In this document: piece by piece, positions 9,606 through 19,023 of the stretch
Layout: each line of letters starts with the position of its first letter
Numbering within the stretch: position 1 is the stretch's first letter
NCBI GenBank assembly: GCA_965232985.1
Contig: CBDDRC010000042.1
Coordinates: 361,907-425,906 of the forward strand
Length of the DNA: 64,000 nt
From: an uncultured bacterium
GTDB taxonomy: Bacteria > Pseudomonadota > Gammaproteobacteria > Pseudomonadales > JADFDG01
Reading direction: 5' to 3'
Position numbers and translations under genes: made by a program
Notes under the pieces: generated by a model
Told to the model about the DNA's origin: nothing
Seen by the model: the letters and a program-made list of their open reading frames with translations, nothing else
Databases searched by the model: none

Positions 9606-10823
9606 ATGAACCACCCGTTCAGCCTTGTCCCGCACGGCCAGATTACCCGCGTCGACGGCCACGCCACCGGTATTTTCCGCAACTTCACCTGCCGCAGCGT
9701 CTATCAGCCGATCGTGAGCCCCGCACTGATGCGGATGGTCGGCATGGAAGCACTGCTGCGCCTCGACTCACCGGCAGGCACCACCGATCCCGCCGACTTC
9801 TTCGCCGACCTCGACAGCAACGACGTGGTCGATGCCTGCCGGCTGGCGCGTGCCCTGCATGTACTCAACACCCCGACCACAGCCAACGGTAACGAATGGC
9901 TGTTCCTCAACGTGCACCCCGAATCCATACGCCAACGCCGCGCCTCGGCAGAAACGCTGGTGAACGAACTCGCTGCGCTGCACATGACTCCGGCGCGCAT
10001 CGTGCTGGAAATCGTCGAAAGCGCACCGCTGAGCGATGCCGAACTTGCCGCATTTGTCGCGGAATACCGCAGCGCGGGCTTTCGTATCGCCATCGACGAC
10101 TTCGGTGCCGGCGCTTCGAATTACGATCGCGTGCTGGCGGTGCATCCGGACATCATCAAGCTCGATCGCTCGTTGATCGCCAACGCCTCGGCGTCAACGC
10201 GCGCGCAGCGGCTGTTCCCGCACATGGTCGCGCTGTTGCGCGAGTCCGGCTCGCTGGTCCTGGTTGAAGGCGTCGAAACCGAAGCGCAGGCACACATTGC
10301 CATCGATGCCGACGCCGAATTACTGCAGGGCTGGTTCTTCGCCCAGCCAACTGCGCTGCTGGATGCAAACACTCCCTGGCAACTGCGGATTGAGCAATTG
10401 TTCAGCCGCCTGGGCGGCAAACGCACCATCAACGATACCGAACGTTTTCGCAGTCGTTTTCTCGATGTCTGGACGGCGTTTCGTAACGGCACGCCGATCG
10501 AATCGATTGCCGGGGAAATCACCGAACCACAGGTAACCCGGCTCTATGCCATCAATGGCCGCGGCTTTCAGATCGGCGACACGGCGCTCACCTGTCACGC
10601 CTTGCCGGGTATCGAGCACCCGCTGTCGAATGCCAAGGGTGCATGCTGGGCGCGCCGGCATTATTTCCGCAATGCTATGGAGCAGCCCGGCCGCATCCAG
10701 TTGACGCGCCCCTATCTCTCGCTTACCGAACAACGGCTGTGTGCGACCTTTTCCTGTGCCACCTTGCACAAGGAATACGGCCAGTGCGTGATCTGCATGG
10801 ATGTGCTGGTTATGGATGCCTGA
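9606..10823 (+). CDS. EAL-domain c-di-GMP phosphodiesterase with an uncharacterised C-terminal domain
   Basis: YQPIV, EALLRL, LNVHP, EIVES, DDFGAG, KLDRS, EGVETE and QGWFF are all present, so it is predicted catalytically competent. No TM segment. C-terminal ~150 aa of unknown function. Confidence 0.85.
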   Translation: MNHPFSLVPHGQITRVDGHATGIFRNFTCRSVYQPIVSPALMRMVGMEALLRLDSPAGTTDPADFFADLDSNDVVDACRLARALHVLNTPTTANGNEWLFLNVHPESIRQRRASAETLVNELAALHMTPARIVLEIVESAPLSDAELAAFVAEYRSAGFRIAIDDFGAGASNYDRVLAVHPDIIKLDRSLIANASASTRAQRLFPHMVALLRESGSLVLVEGVETEAQAHIAIDADAELLQGWFFAQPTALLDANTPWQLRIEQLFSRLGGKRTINDTERFRSRFLDVWTAFRNGTPIESIAGEITEPQVTRLYAINGRGFQIGDTALTCHALPGIEHPLSNAKGACWARRHYFRNAMEQPGRIQLTRPYLSLTEQRLCATFSCATLHKEYGQCVICMDVLVMDA

Positions 10824-11003
10824 TCGGCAGCAGAGCGCGACACCTGTCGTGGGCTCGCCTGCGAATGGCCACTGCTCCCAGGGCGTCTGCCGCGCGTGAC
10901 GGGGCGGCAAAAGCGCCTTACTGTACCGCCCAGGCTGATCCCGGCGGTGGTGCTACCCTGCCGCAGCCGGCCCCCATCGCTGCCAACACCCGCGAGCACA
11001 ACT

Positions 11004-11708
11004 ATGAGCGACGCCGCAAAAAAGAAGCATTCGTCCCCCGCCACCATGAGCCTCGAACAGGCCATCCGCGAACGCCGTTCAGTGCGCGGCTTTTTGCCCA
11101 CGCCGGTGCCGCAGGATGTGCTCGAACAGGTGTTCGCACTCGCGCAGCAGGCGCCGTCGAACTGCAACATCCAGCCGTGGTATGCGTACGTCTGCTCCGG
11201 CAGCACCCGCGACGAAATGCGGCGCCGCATGATGGCGCACGTCTCGAAAGGCCAGCCAATGAATCCCGACTTCGCGCACACGGCAAAATTCGAAGGCGCC
11301 TACCGCCAGCGGCAAGTCGACTGCGCTGTCGAGCTTTACAACAACATGGGCATCGCCCGCGATGATTCCATGGGCCGCATGAAAGCCCTGATGCGCAATT
11401 TCGAACTGTTCGATGCACCGCACGTGGTGTTCATCGGGATGAATCGCAATTTCGACGTGACCGTGGCGCTTGATGTCGGCATGTACATTCAAACCCTGCT
11501 GCTGACGATGACCGCACACGGCATCGCCTCCTGTGCGCAGGGTGCGATGCGTTACTACCCGGACGACGTGCGCGACATGTTCGGCCTGCCGGCGGAGATC
11601 GCCATCGTGGTTGGCATTTCCTTTGGCTACGAAGATGCCGCTGTCGCCGCCAACCGGACGCGCGTCGGGCGCGCGCCACTGGCCGAGAACGTGGTGTTCC
11701 GCAACTGA
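11004..11708 (+). CDS. Nitroreductase family protein
   Basis: RRSVRGF, PSNCNIQPW and the overall NfsA/NfsB-like layout. The start is uncertain (ATG 11004 or 11046). Confidence 0.75.
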   Translation: MSDAAKKKHSSPATMSLEQAIRERRSVRGFLPTPVPQDVLEQVFALAQQAPSNCNIQPWYAYVCSGSTRDEMRRRMMAHVSKGQPMNPDFAHTAKFEGAYRQRQVDCAVELYNNMGIARDDSMGRMKALMRNFELFDAPHVVFIGMNRNFDVTVALDVGMYIQTLLLTMTAHGIASCAQGAMRYYPDDVRDMFGLPAEIAIVVGISFGYEDAAVAANRTRVGRAPLAENVVFRN

Positions 11709-11718
11709 TCGTCACTGC

Positions 11719-12657
11719 TCAGGCGGTGGTGGTAACCGCCCGCACACCACGCAATGTCGCCAGGCAGGCATCCCGCGCCGTGGCAATGAAATCGCGCGCA
11801 TAGGCCAGCGCCAGATCCTCTTCGCGCAACGCTGCGTACAGCGTGCACCAGATGCCGCCACCCAGCGGCACGGCGTGCACCCAGCCACGGGCCAGGTAAT
11901 CGTGCGCCACCCAGTTCGGCAGCGCCGCGACGCCGCGCCCGCTCGCCACCAGCTGCACCAGCAACTGGGTGTGCTCGGCATGACGAACACGCGCCGGCCG
12001 GACGCCCGCCGGCAGCAGGAAGGTGCGGAACAGGTCGAGGCGATGTTCATCCACCGGATAGGCGATCAGCGTTTCGTCGGCAAGATCGGCTGGATTCACA
12101 AACGCCCGCCGCGCGAACGGATGGTTCGGCGCCACCAGCAGCACCGACTCGTATTCGAATAACGGCAGCGCCGCGAGGCCGGTACGTGCCTCCGGATCCG
12201 AAGTAATCACCAGGCTGAGTTCACCAGCGAGCAGCGCCTGCTGCGCGTCTGCATGCATGCCGCCCCGAAAATCCAGTTCGACATCGGGCCAGTGGCGCCG
12301 GAATGCATCGACCACCGGCATCAGCCAGTCGAAACAACTGTGGCATTCAATCGCCAGCACCAGACGCCCGGCGGTACCCGACTGCAGGCGGCCGAGTTCG
12401 CGCTCTGCCTCTGCGCTCGCCGCCAGCAGCGCGTCCGCAAGCGTAAGCAAGCGCTCACCGGCACGGGTGAATTGCAGCGGCCGGGTTTTGCGCACCAACA
12501 CCGGCATGCCGATGCCGGTCTCGATCTCGCGCAACTGATGCGACAGCGCCGACGGGGTCAGGTGCAGGCGGGCTGCGGCCTCCGTGAGGGAACCGGTATC
12601 GGCGATGGCTCGCAGGGTGCGCAAACCCCGCAGATCAGGGACCGATATCTTATTCAT
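11719..12657 (-). CDS. metR: LysR-family transcriptional activator MetR
   Basis: N-terminal wHTH LRTLRAIADTGSLTEAAARLHLTPSALSHQLREIE. Divergent from metE, with MetR boxes in the intergenic region. Confidence 0.8.
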   Translation of the reverse strand: MNKISVPDLRGLRTLRAIADTGSLTEAAARLHLTPSALSHQLREIETGIGMPVLVRKTRPLQFTRAGERLLTLADALLAASAEAERELGRLQSGTAGRLVLAIECHSCFDWLMPVVDAFRRHWPDVELDFRGGMHADAQQALLAGELSLVITSDPEARTGLAALPLFEYESVLLVAPNHPFARRAFVNPADLADETLIAYPVDEHRLDLFRTFLLPAGVRPARVRHAEHTQLLVQLVASGRGVAALPNWVAHDYLARGWVHAVPLGGGIWCTLYAALREEDLALAYARDFIATARDACLATLRGVRAVTTTA

Positions 12658-12668
12658 GAATATTATTC
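12656..12668. promoter_or_regulatory. MetR box 1 (TGAA-N5-TTCA)
   Basis: TGAATATTATTCA is a perfect match to the TGAANNNNNTTCA consensus. It overlaps the metR start codon. Confidence 0.6.
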
Positions 12669-12686
12669 ATAAGGCATGTGATTTAG

Positions 12687-12699
12687 TTGAGATTGATTC
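12687..12699. promoter_or_regulatory. MetR box 2 (one mismatch)
   Basis: TGAGATTGATTCA, 31 bp from box 1, immediately upstream of an AT-rich TAAATATAG -10-like element for metE. Confidence 0.45.
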
Positions 12700-12779
12700 A
12701 TAAATATAGCAGATCGACACTGCCACGCGCCCAGTCCAGCCCCGGAACCTGGGTAGCTCACCGCAAAACAGGAGCGATC

Positions 12780-15095
12780 GTGAAAGCCCATATTTCTGGA
12801 TTCCCCCGCATCGGTGCCCGACGCGAACTGAAAGTCGCCCTTGAACAATACTGGGCCGGCACATCCAGTCTTGCCGAACTGGAGGCCACCGGCCGAACCC
12901 TGCGCGCCCGGCACTGGCAGTTGCAGGCCGACGCCGGTCTGGATTTCGTGGCCGTCGGCGACTTCTCGTTCTACGACCATGTGCTCGACCAGAGCATCCG
13001 GCTGGGTGCCATCCCGGCCCGCTTGGGTGACACCCGCGCCGAATCCGGTCTCGACCTGCAATTCAGGATGGCCAGAGGCCGCCCGACCTGCGGCCACCGC
13101 CACGACAGCGGCGCCGATGCCGGCGCTTGCGAGATGACCAAATGGTTCGACACCAACTACCACTATCTCGTCCCGGAACTGCATCCGGCACAGGAATTCC
13201 GGCTGGCCTGCACGCGCCTGTACGACGAAGTACGCGAAGCGCAGCAACTCGGCTTCACCCCCAAGACCGTGCTGCCCGGGCCACTGACTTGGCTGTGGCT
13301 GGCCAAAACACCGCAGGGTGACTTTGACAAGCTCACCCTGCTGGAGCGGCTGCTGCGCGTTTACGGCGAACTGCTCGGCGGGCTTGCTGCGCTGGGCGTT
13401 GCCTGGGTGCAGCTCGACGAACCGATTCTGGCGCTTGATTTGCCGCGCGCCTGGCTGAGTGCTTTCGAGCGCGCCTACAACCAACTGCAACGGCGCGACA
13501 TCAATATTTTGTTGGCGACCTATTTTGGCCCGCTGGAAAATAACCTGTGGACAGTCTCGCAACTGCCGGTGGCCGGCCTGCACATTGATGTCACGCGCAG
13601 CGGCAACGAATGGCAACAGGTGCTCGACCGTCATGCCCCCTACAAGGTGCTTTCGCTGGGCGTCGTCGACAGCCGCAACATCTGGCGCAACGATCTCGAC
13701 AGCACCGCAACACTACTGCGCAAAGCGCATGCCCAACTCGGCGAACGCCTGTGGGTTTCAACCTCTGCCTCGCTGCTGCACGTACCGGTGGATCTCGACA
13801 ACGAAACCGGACTCGATGTCGAACAGCGTTTCGTGCTTGCCTTTGCCCGCCAGAAACTCGACGAAGTGGCGCTGTTGCGCGATGCCGTGCTGACGCCGCA
13901 CGACGAAACCGTGGTGCGCGCACTGAAAACGTCAACCTGCGCACAGCAAACCCGCCGCCGCATCTTCGGCAACCCCGACACCGCCCTGCGGGCGCGCCTG
14001 GCCGCACTCGATGCCGCTGCCGCCAACCGCGCGCACGCTTATTCGCTGCGCGCGGTTGCCCAGCAACAGCGCCTGGGATTGCCGCTGCTGCCCACCACCA
14101 CGATCGGCTCGTTTCCGCAAACACCGGCAATTCGGCACGCGCGCGCCGAACACCGAGCCGGCCGGCTCGACGCAGCCGGCTACGCGCAGGCCATGCGTGC
14201 CGAGATTGCCCACGCCGTGCAGTTACAGGAAGCCATCGGCCTCGATGTACTGGTGCACGGCGAAGCCGAACGCAACGACATGGTCGAATATTTCGGCGAG
14301 CAACTGGCGGGCGTGCTGGTAACGCGCAACGGTTGGGTCCAAAGCTACGGCAGCCGCTGCGTGAAGCCGCCGGTGATCGTCAGTGATGTCAGCCGTCCTG
14401 CACCGATGACGCTCGCCTGGGCGCGCTATGCGCAGTCCCTGAGCAGCAGGCCGGTGAAAGGCATGCTGACCGGGCCGGTGACGCTGCTGTGCTGGTCATT
14501 CGTCCGCGACGATCTGCCGCGTGCCGAGGTGGCACGCCAACTCGCCCTCGCGGTGCGCGACGAAGTGCAGGATCTGGAAAATGCCGGTATCGCGATCATT
14601 CAGGTCGACGAGCCGGCCTTCCGCGAAGGCCTGCCGCTACGCCGCAGCGCCCAGGACGACTACTGGCGCTGGGCCATCAACGCCTTTCGCGTCGCCACCG
14701 CCGGGGTGCGCGACGACACCCAGATACACACGCACATGTGCTATTCGGAATTCAACGACTGCATCGCGCAGATTGCCGCCATGGATGCCGACGTGATTAC
14801 CATCGAGACGGCGCGCTCGGCCATGGAAGTACTCGCTGCCTTCGCGCATTTCGACTACCGCAATGCCGTCGGCCCCGGCGTGTACGACATCCACAGCCCG
14901 CAGGTGCCCACCGTCGCTGCCATGCAGCAATTGCTGAGCCGCGCGGCCAGCGTCATTGCCCCGCAGCGCCTGTGGATCAACCCCGACTGCGGCCTGAAGA
15001 CACGGCAATGGCCGGAAACCCGCGCGGCGCTGGTCAATATGGTGAATGCCGCGCGCATCCTGCGGGCTGCACTGAGCGCAAATGCCGCCGTTTAG
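12780..15095 (+). CDS. metE: Cobalamin-independent methionine synthase
   Basis: GTG start after AGGAG. N-terminus VKAHISGFPRIGARRELK. 771 aa. Full-length similarity to MetE, including the C-terminal Zn-site region (HMCYSEF, NPDCGLKTR). Confidence 0.92.
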   Translation: MKAHISGFPRIGARRELKVALEQYWAGTSSLAELEATGRTLRARHWQLQADAGLDFVAVGDFSFYDHVLDQSIRLGAIPARLGDTRAESGLDLQFRMARGRPTCGHRHDSGADAGACEMTKWFDTNYHYLVPELHPAQEFRLACTRLYDEVREAQQLGFTPKTVLPGPLTWLWLAKTPQGDFDKLTLLERLLRVYGELLGGLAALGVAWVQLDEPILALDLPRAWLSAFERAYNQLQRRDINILLATYFGPLENNLWTVSQLPVAGLHIDVTRSGNEWQQVLDRHAPYKVLSLGVVDSRNIWRNDLDSTATLLRKAHAQLGERLWVSTSASLLHVPVDLDNETGLDVEQRFVLAFARQKLDEVALLRDAVLTPHDETVVRALKTSTCAQQTRRRIFGNPDTALRARLAALDAAAANRAHAYSLRAVAQQQRLGLPLLPTTTIGSFPQTPAIRHARAEHRAGRLDAAGYAQAMRAEIAHAVQLQEAIGLDVLVHGEAERNDMVEYFGEQLAGVLVTRNGWVQSYGSRCVKPPVIVSDVSRPAPMTLAWARYAQSLSSRPVKGMLTGPVTLLCWSFVRDDLPRAEVARQLALAVRDEVQDLENAGIAIIQVDEPAFREGLPLRRSAQDDYWRWAINAFRVATAGVRDDTQIHTHMCYSEFNDCIAQIAAMDADVITIETARSAMEVLAAFAHFDYRNAVGPGVYDIHSPQVPTVAAMQQLLSRAASVIAPQRLWINPDCGLKTRQWPETRAALVNMVNAARILRAALSANAAV

Positions 15096-15135
15096 TTCAT
15101 GCGCGCTGGCTATCGGTGCAGGCATCAACCATCAC

Positions 15136-17829
15136 TCAGCCGGTATTGCGCATACCCGCAGCAATGCCGGCAATGGTGACTTTCAGTGCCAGATCGATCG
15201 CCGGATCCACCGCGGCGCCGGCGGCGCGATGCCGACGAATCAATTCCGCCTGCAACAAATGCAGCGGATCAACATAGGGATTGCGCACGGCGATCGACCA
15301 CTGCGTGATCGGGTTGGTCTCCAGCAGGGTCTTGCGCCCGGCAAGCACGAGCAAATCCCGAATCGTTGCCTCAAGACGGGCACGCAACGCACTGCCAAGC
15401 GGCCGCAACGACGCATCAGCAAGATGGGCCTCATAATGCGCAGCGATGCGCGGCTCGGCTTTCGCCAGCACCATTTCCAGCATATCGATCACCGCCTGAA
15501 AATACGGCCAGCGCGCCAGCATCGCCGCGAAATCGGCCTGGCGTTCGGGATGGACGCGCAACCAGGCCAGCGCGGTGTCGGTGCCGAGCCAGGCGGGCAG
15601 CATCAACCGCACCTGCGTCCAGGCGAACACCCAGGGAATTGCCCGCAACGATTCGAGACCACCCTGGGCACGCCGTTTCGATGGCCGTGAGCCGAGCGAC
15701 AATGTTGCCAATTCCTGTTCCGGCGTTACCGTTCGCAAGTAATCGACAAAACGCGCCTCGCCATGCACTACCTCGCGATAACCCGTCACCGCAACAGCGC
15801 TCAGTTCGTCCATCAGCTCACGCCATGCCGGTTCCGGCGCCGGCGGCGGCAACAGCGTCGCTTCCAGGGTCGAGGCAACGTACAACTCAAGATTTTCCAG
15901 TGCCACGCCGAACAGGCCGAACTTGAAACGAATCATCTCGCCCTGCTCGGTTACGCGAATGCGGCCATTCACCGAACCGGGCGGCTGCGACAACAACGCC
16001 TGTCGCGTCGGCGTACCGCCGCGACTCACCGAGCCGCCGCGCCCATGAAACAATTCCAGGCGCACACCCTGCCGGGCGCACACCGCCGTGAGCGTTTCCT
16101 GGGCACGGTACTGCGCCCAGCTCGCGGCAAGATAGCCGGCATCCTTCGCCGAATCCGAATAGCCGATCATCACCTGCTGGTAATCACCGGCGTGCGCGCG
16201 GTAACCCGGCAAGGCCAGCAAGGCATCAATCGTGGCCGGCGCCTGATCGAGATCAGCGAGCGTTTCGAACAATGGCACCACCGGCAGCAACTCGCGCACC
16301 CCGGCCACATGCTGCAACAGGCAAACGGCGAGCACATCGGACGGCGCATGCGCCATCGAAATCACGTAGGCGCCAAAGGCACCACGCGGCATCGCGGCGA
16401 GCATGTCGAAGGTGTCGAGCACCTCGCGCACCGGCGCATCGCATAAAGGCGAATCGCGGAAATCCCTGCCCACCAGCGGCCGCCGGTTGCCCAGTTCCGC
16501 CAGCAGGAACACCTGTTTTTGCGCCTCCGGCCAGGCACGATAATCGCCAATTCCCAACCACTGGGTGATCGCAGCGAGCGCATCGCCATGGCGCGTCGAT
16601 TCCTGCCGGATGTCGAGCCTGACCAGACAAACGCCGAAGGTTGCAGCACGGCGCAGCGTATCGGCAAGCAGGCCATCGGCGATGCGTTCAAGACCGCAGG
16701 CCACCAACGATTGGTGCGCGAGCAACAGCGGCGCGCGCAGCTCGTCGTCTGAGGCGATGATCGGCCCGCAATCGATCTCGCGATTGGCCAGTTGCGCTGC
16801 GGCCCAGTCGCGGGTATTGCGCAAGCGATCACGCAAATCCTTCATCAACGCGCGATACGGCTCACGCGTATCGCCAACCGCCGCCCGCAACGCATCGCTG
16901 GCAAGGTGCATCGACAACTCACCTTGCAATATTTCCACATCGCGCAGAAAAAGTTCGGCGGCTTGCCAGCGCGCCAGCAAAATGACTTCCCGCGTCACCG
17001 CGTGCGTGACGAAGGGATTGCCATCGCGGTCACCGCCCATCCAGCTGGCGATACGCACCGGCGCGCAATCCAGCGGCAGCGCCTCACCGGTATGTTCGCG
17101 CAACCAGCGATCAAGCTCGCGCAAAAAATGCGGCAGCGCGTACCAGAGCGTTTGTTCGATGGTCGCAAAACCCCACTTTGCTTCATCGACAGGGGTCGGG
17201 CGGGCGCGGCGAATCTCATCGGTGTGCCAGGCTGCCGACACCAGGCGGCGCAGATCGTCTCGCGCCGCGTTCCGCTCGTCCGGGGTCAAGTCATCGTGAT
17301 CGAGATCCGCAAGCCGGCGCGCGATATCGTCGTACTTGTGCATCAGGGTGCGGCGGGTGATTTCCGTCGGGTGCGCAGTCAACACCAGCTCGATCGACAG
17401 CGCGCGCACTGTTGCCACAATTTTTTCCCGCGCGGTACCAGTGCGCGTCAGCGCCGCAGCCAGCGCGCTCAGCGAACCTTCCTCAGGTGGCCAGCGGCAG
17501 GCAATCACCGCCTGCCGGCGCATGCGCACCCGGTGGTGCTGCTCGGCGATGTTGGCCAGGTTGAGAAACTGGTTAAAAGCGCGGACGACGTGCAGTAATT
17601 CATCGCCGTCAAGGCGCGCGAGTTCCGGCGGCAACACGGCAGCATCGACCCGCCCCGCACGGGTATCGACCGAGAGGCGGCGCAGGTGCTCGATGCGCGC
17701 AAACAGCGGCTCGCCGCCATGTTCGCGCAACGTGCCGCCCAGCATGTCGCCCAGCAACCGCACGTTTTCGCGCAGCGGCGCGTGCGGGTCGGCAACATCG
17801 GTCGAAGAACTGGCCGGCGAATCGGTCAT
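15136..17829 (-). CDS. ppc: Phosphoenolpyruvate carboxylase
   Basis: 897 aa from ATG 17829 (MTDSPASS...). TAHPTE motif, GYSDSAKDAG, and a C-terminus ending in MRNTG. Confidence 0.93.
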   Translation of the reverse strand: MTDSPASSSTDVADPHAPLRENVRLLGDMLGGTLREHGGEPLFARIEHLRRLSVDTRAGRVDAAVLPPELARLDGDELLHVVRAFNQFLNLANIAEQHHRVRMRRQAVIACRWPPEEGSLSALAAALTRTGTAREKIVATVRALSIELVLTAHPTEITRRTLMHKYDDIARRLADLDHDDLTPDERNAARDDLRRLVSAAWHTDEIRRARPTPVDEAKWGFATIEQTLWYALPHFLRELDRWLREHTGEALPLDCAPVRIASWMGGDRDGNPFVTHAVTREVILLARWQAAELFLRDVEILQGELSMHLASDALRAAVGDTREPYRALMKDLRDRLRNTRDWAAAQLANREIDCGPIIASDDELRAPLLLAHQSLVACGLERIADGLLADTLRRAATFGVCLVRLDIRQESTRHGDALAAITQWLGIGDYRAWPEAQKQVFLLAELGNRRPLVGRDFRDSPLCDAPVREVLDTFDMLAAMPRGAFGAYVISMAHAPSDVLAVCLLQHVAGVRELLPVVPLFETLADLDQAPATIDALLALPGYRAHAGDYQQVMIGYSDSAKDAGYLAASWAQYRAQETLTAVCARQGVRLELFHGRGGSVSRGGTPTRQALLSQPPGSVNGRIRVTEQGEMIRFKFGLFGVALENLELYVASTLEATLLPPPAPEPAWRELMDELSAVAVTGYREVVHGEARFVDYLRTVTPEQELATLSLGSRPSKRRAQGGLESLRAIPWVFAWTQVRLMLPAWLGTDTALAWLRVHPERQADFAAMLARWPYFQAVIDMLEMVLAKAEPRIAAHYEAHLADASLRPLGSALRARLEATIRDLLVLAGRKTLLETNPITQWSIAVRNPYVDPLHLLQAELIRRHRAAGAAVDPAIDLALKVTIAGIAAGMRNTG

Positions 17830-17971
17830 GGTCGTCTCCCCACCCTGTATCGCCCCACGGGGCGTGCCAAGCGCAGGCCCGGCCCCTATGATAGGCGCTC
17901 CAGACCCGGCGCACCGTTTCTGCTCGCGACGAGCACCGGCCCTTCCAACGGCAGCAACAAGAAGTCGATTC

Positions 17972-18994
17972 ATGTCCCTGGCCATTTTTGATCGCCCGTC
18001 GCTCTACCTCGAGCTGGGCGGCCGCGTCCTGTTTGCCCTGCTCGCATTCACCTATTTTTTGGGCATTCCTGCCGAATTGTGGGCCATCAATCTGCCGGTC
18101 ACCGTGGCCGGGCTGATCCTCTATCTTGGCGCGCAGGCAGCGCTGTTCACCCGGCAACTGCGCGGCCGCAATATCGGCTGGATCGTACCGGCTGCGGCAT
18201 TGACCGATGCGGTTGCTGTGCTCGGTGCCGTCGCCTGCGATCCTTACCCGGTACCGCCGTCACTGCTGCTGATCTTGATTGCCGCACTCAATCTTGGCCT
18301 GCGCCAGAGCCGGCTGACCTTCGTGGCTGCCGTGGCCGGTGCCGGCGCGCTGATGGCGGCCACGCCCGGCCTGCGCGCGCAACTGCAGGGCGAGGTCGCA
18401 GCCCGGGAATTCCTGTTTGCCCTGGCGTTCATCCTGGCGTGTCTTGTTTACTTCGCGCTGCAGGCCTGGCGGCGCCATGCGCTGCAAACACAAGCCGCCC
18501 GCTGCGCCGAGCAGGACGTCGAAACCCAGCTGCTGAACCGCCGCGGTTTCGAGAGTGCCGCCCGCTTCCTGGTGCCCTTGCTGCAGCGCACACAGTCGCC
18601 GCTGGTGGTCATGCTGGCCAGCCTCGACACCCAAACAGCAAAACCACTCGTTGCCCGAACACTCGCCAGTGCGGTACGCCGGGTCGCCCATCTGGTGCGT
18701 CAACGCGCGCGCCGTAGCGATGTCGTTGCCCGCCTGTCGGAAGACGAGTTTTTATTCATGCTGTTCGATACCCCGCTCGCCGGCGGCGAAACACTCGCGC
18801 GCGCACTGCTTGAGGATTTCAATGCCTGGGCTGCGCAACAGACGCTCGATGCCCGCATTACCTTCGCCATGATCGTCACACCGGAAGGCCCGGTAGCCAT
18901 CGACCAGTTGATTGCCCGTGCCCGCCATGCCGTGCAGCGCGCCCAGAAACATCCCAGCTCGCCAGGCGTTGTTACGGCCCCGCCGCTGCGCTGA
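17972..18994 (+). CDS. Membrane protein with a degenerate GGDEF domain (SEDEF) and a retained RxxD I-site
   Basis: Several N-terminal hydrophobic helices. The C-terminal GGDEF fold reads RRSDVVARLSEDEF. The 212 codons upstream in the ORF track are antisense to ppc and were trimmed. Confidence 0.75.
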   Translation: MSLAIFDRPSLYLELGGRVLFALLAFTYFLGIPAELWAINLPVTVAGLILYLGAQAALFTRQLRGRNIGWIVPAAALTDAVAVLGAVACDPYPVPPSLLLILIAALNLGLRQSRLTFVAAVAGAGALMAATPGLRAQLQGEVAAREFLFALAFILACLVYFALQAWRRHALQTQAARCAEQDVETQLLNRRGFESAARFLVPLLQRTQSPLVVMLASLDTQTAKPLVARTLASAVRRVAHLVRQRARRSDVVARLSEDEFLFMLFDTPLAGGETLARALLEDFNAWAAQQTLDARITFAMIVTPEGPVAIDQLIARARHAVQRAQKHPSSPGVVTAPPLR

Positions 18995-19023
18995 GTCCCG
19001 GCAGGCATGGCGATGATCGCCAC

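Noticed and set aside
12658-12779. Possible cobalamin riboswitch upstream of metE
   Set aside because: The leader is only ~120 nt and lacks the GCCACTG B12 box and the GGGAA / CCCCCGC blocks. The region is better explained by MetR boxes.
17336-17971. 212-codon N-terminal extension of the GGDEF ORF
   Set aside because: It lies entirely antisense to ppc and is Ser/Arg/Ala-rich. The membrane domain begins at ATG 17972 in the intergenic region.
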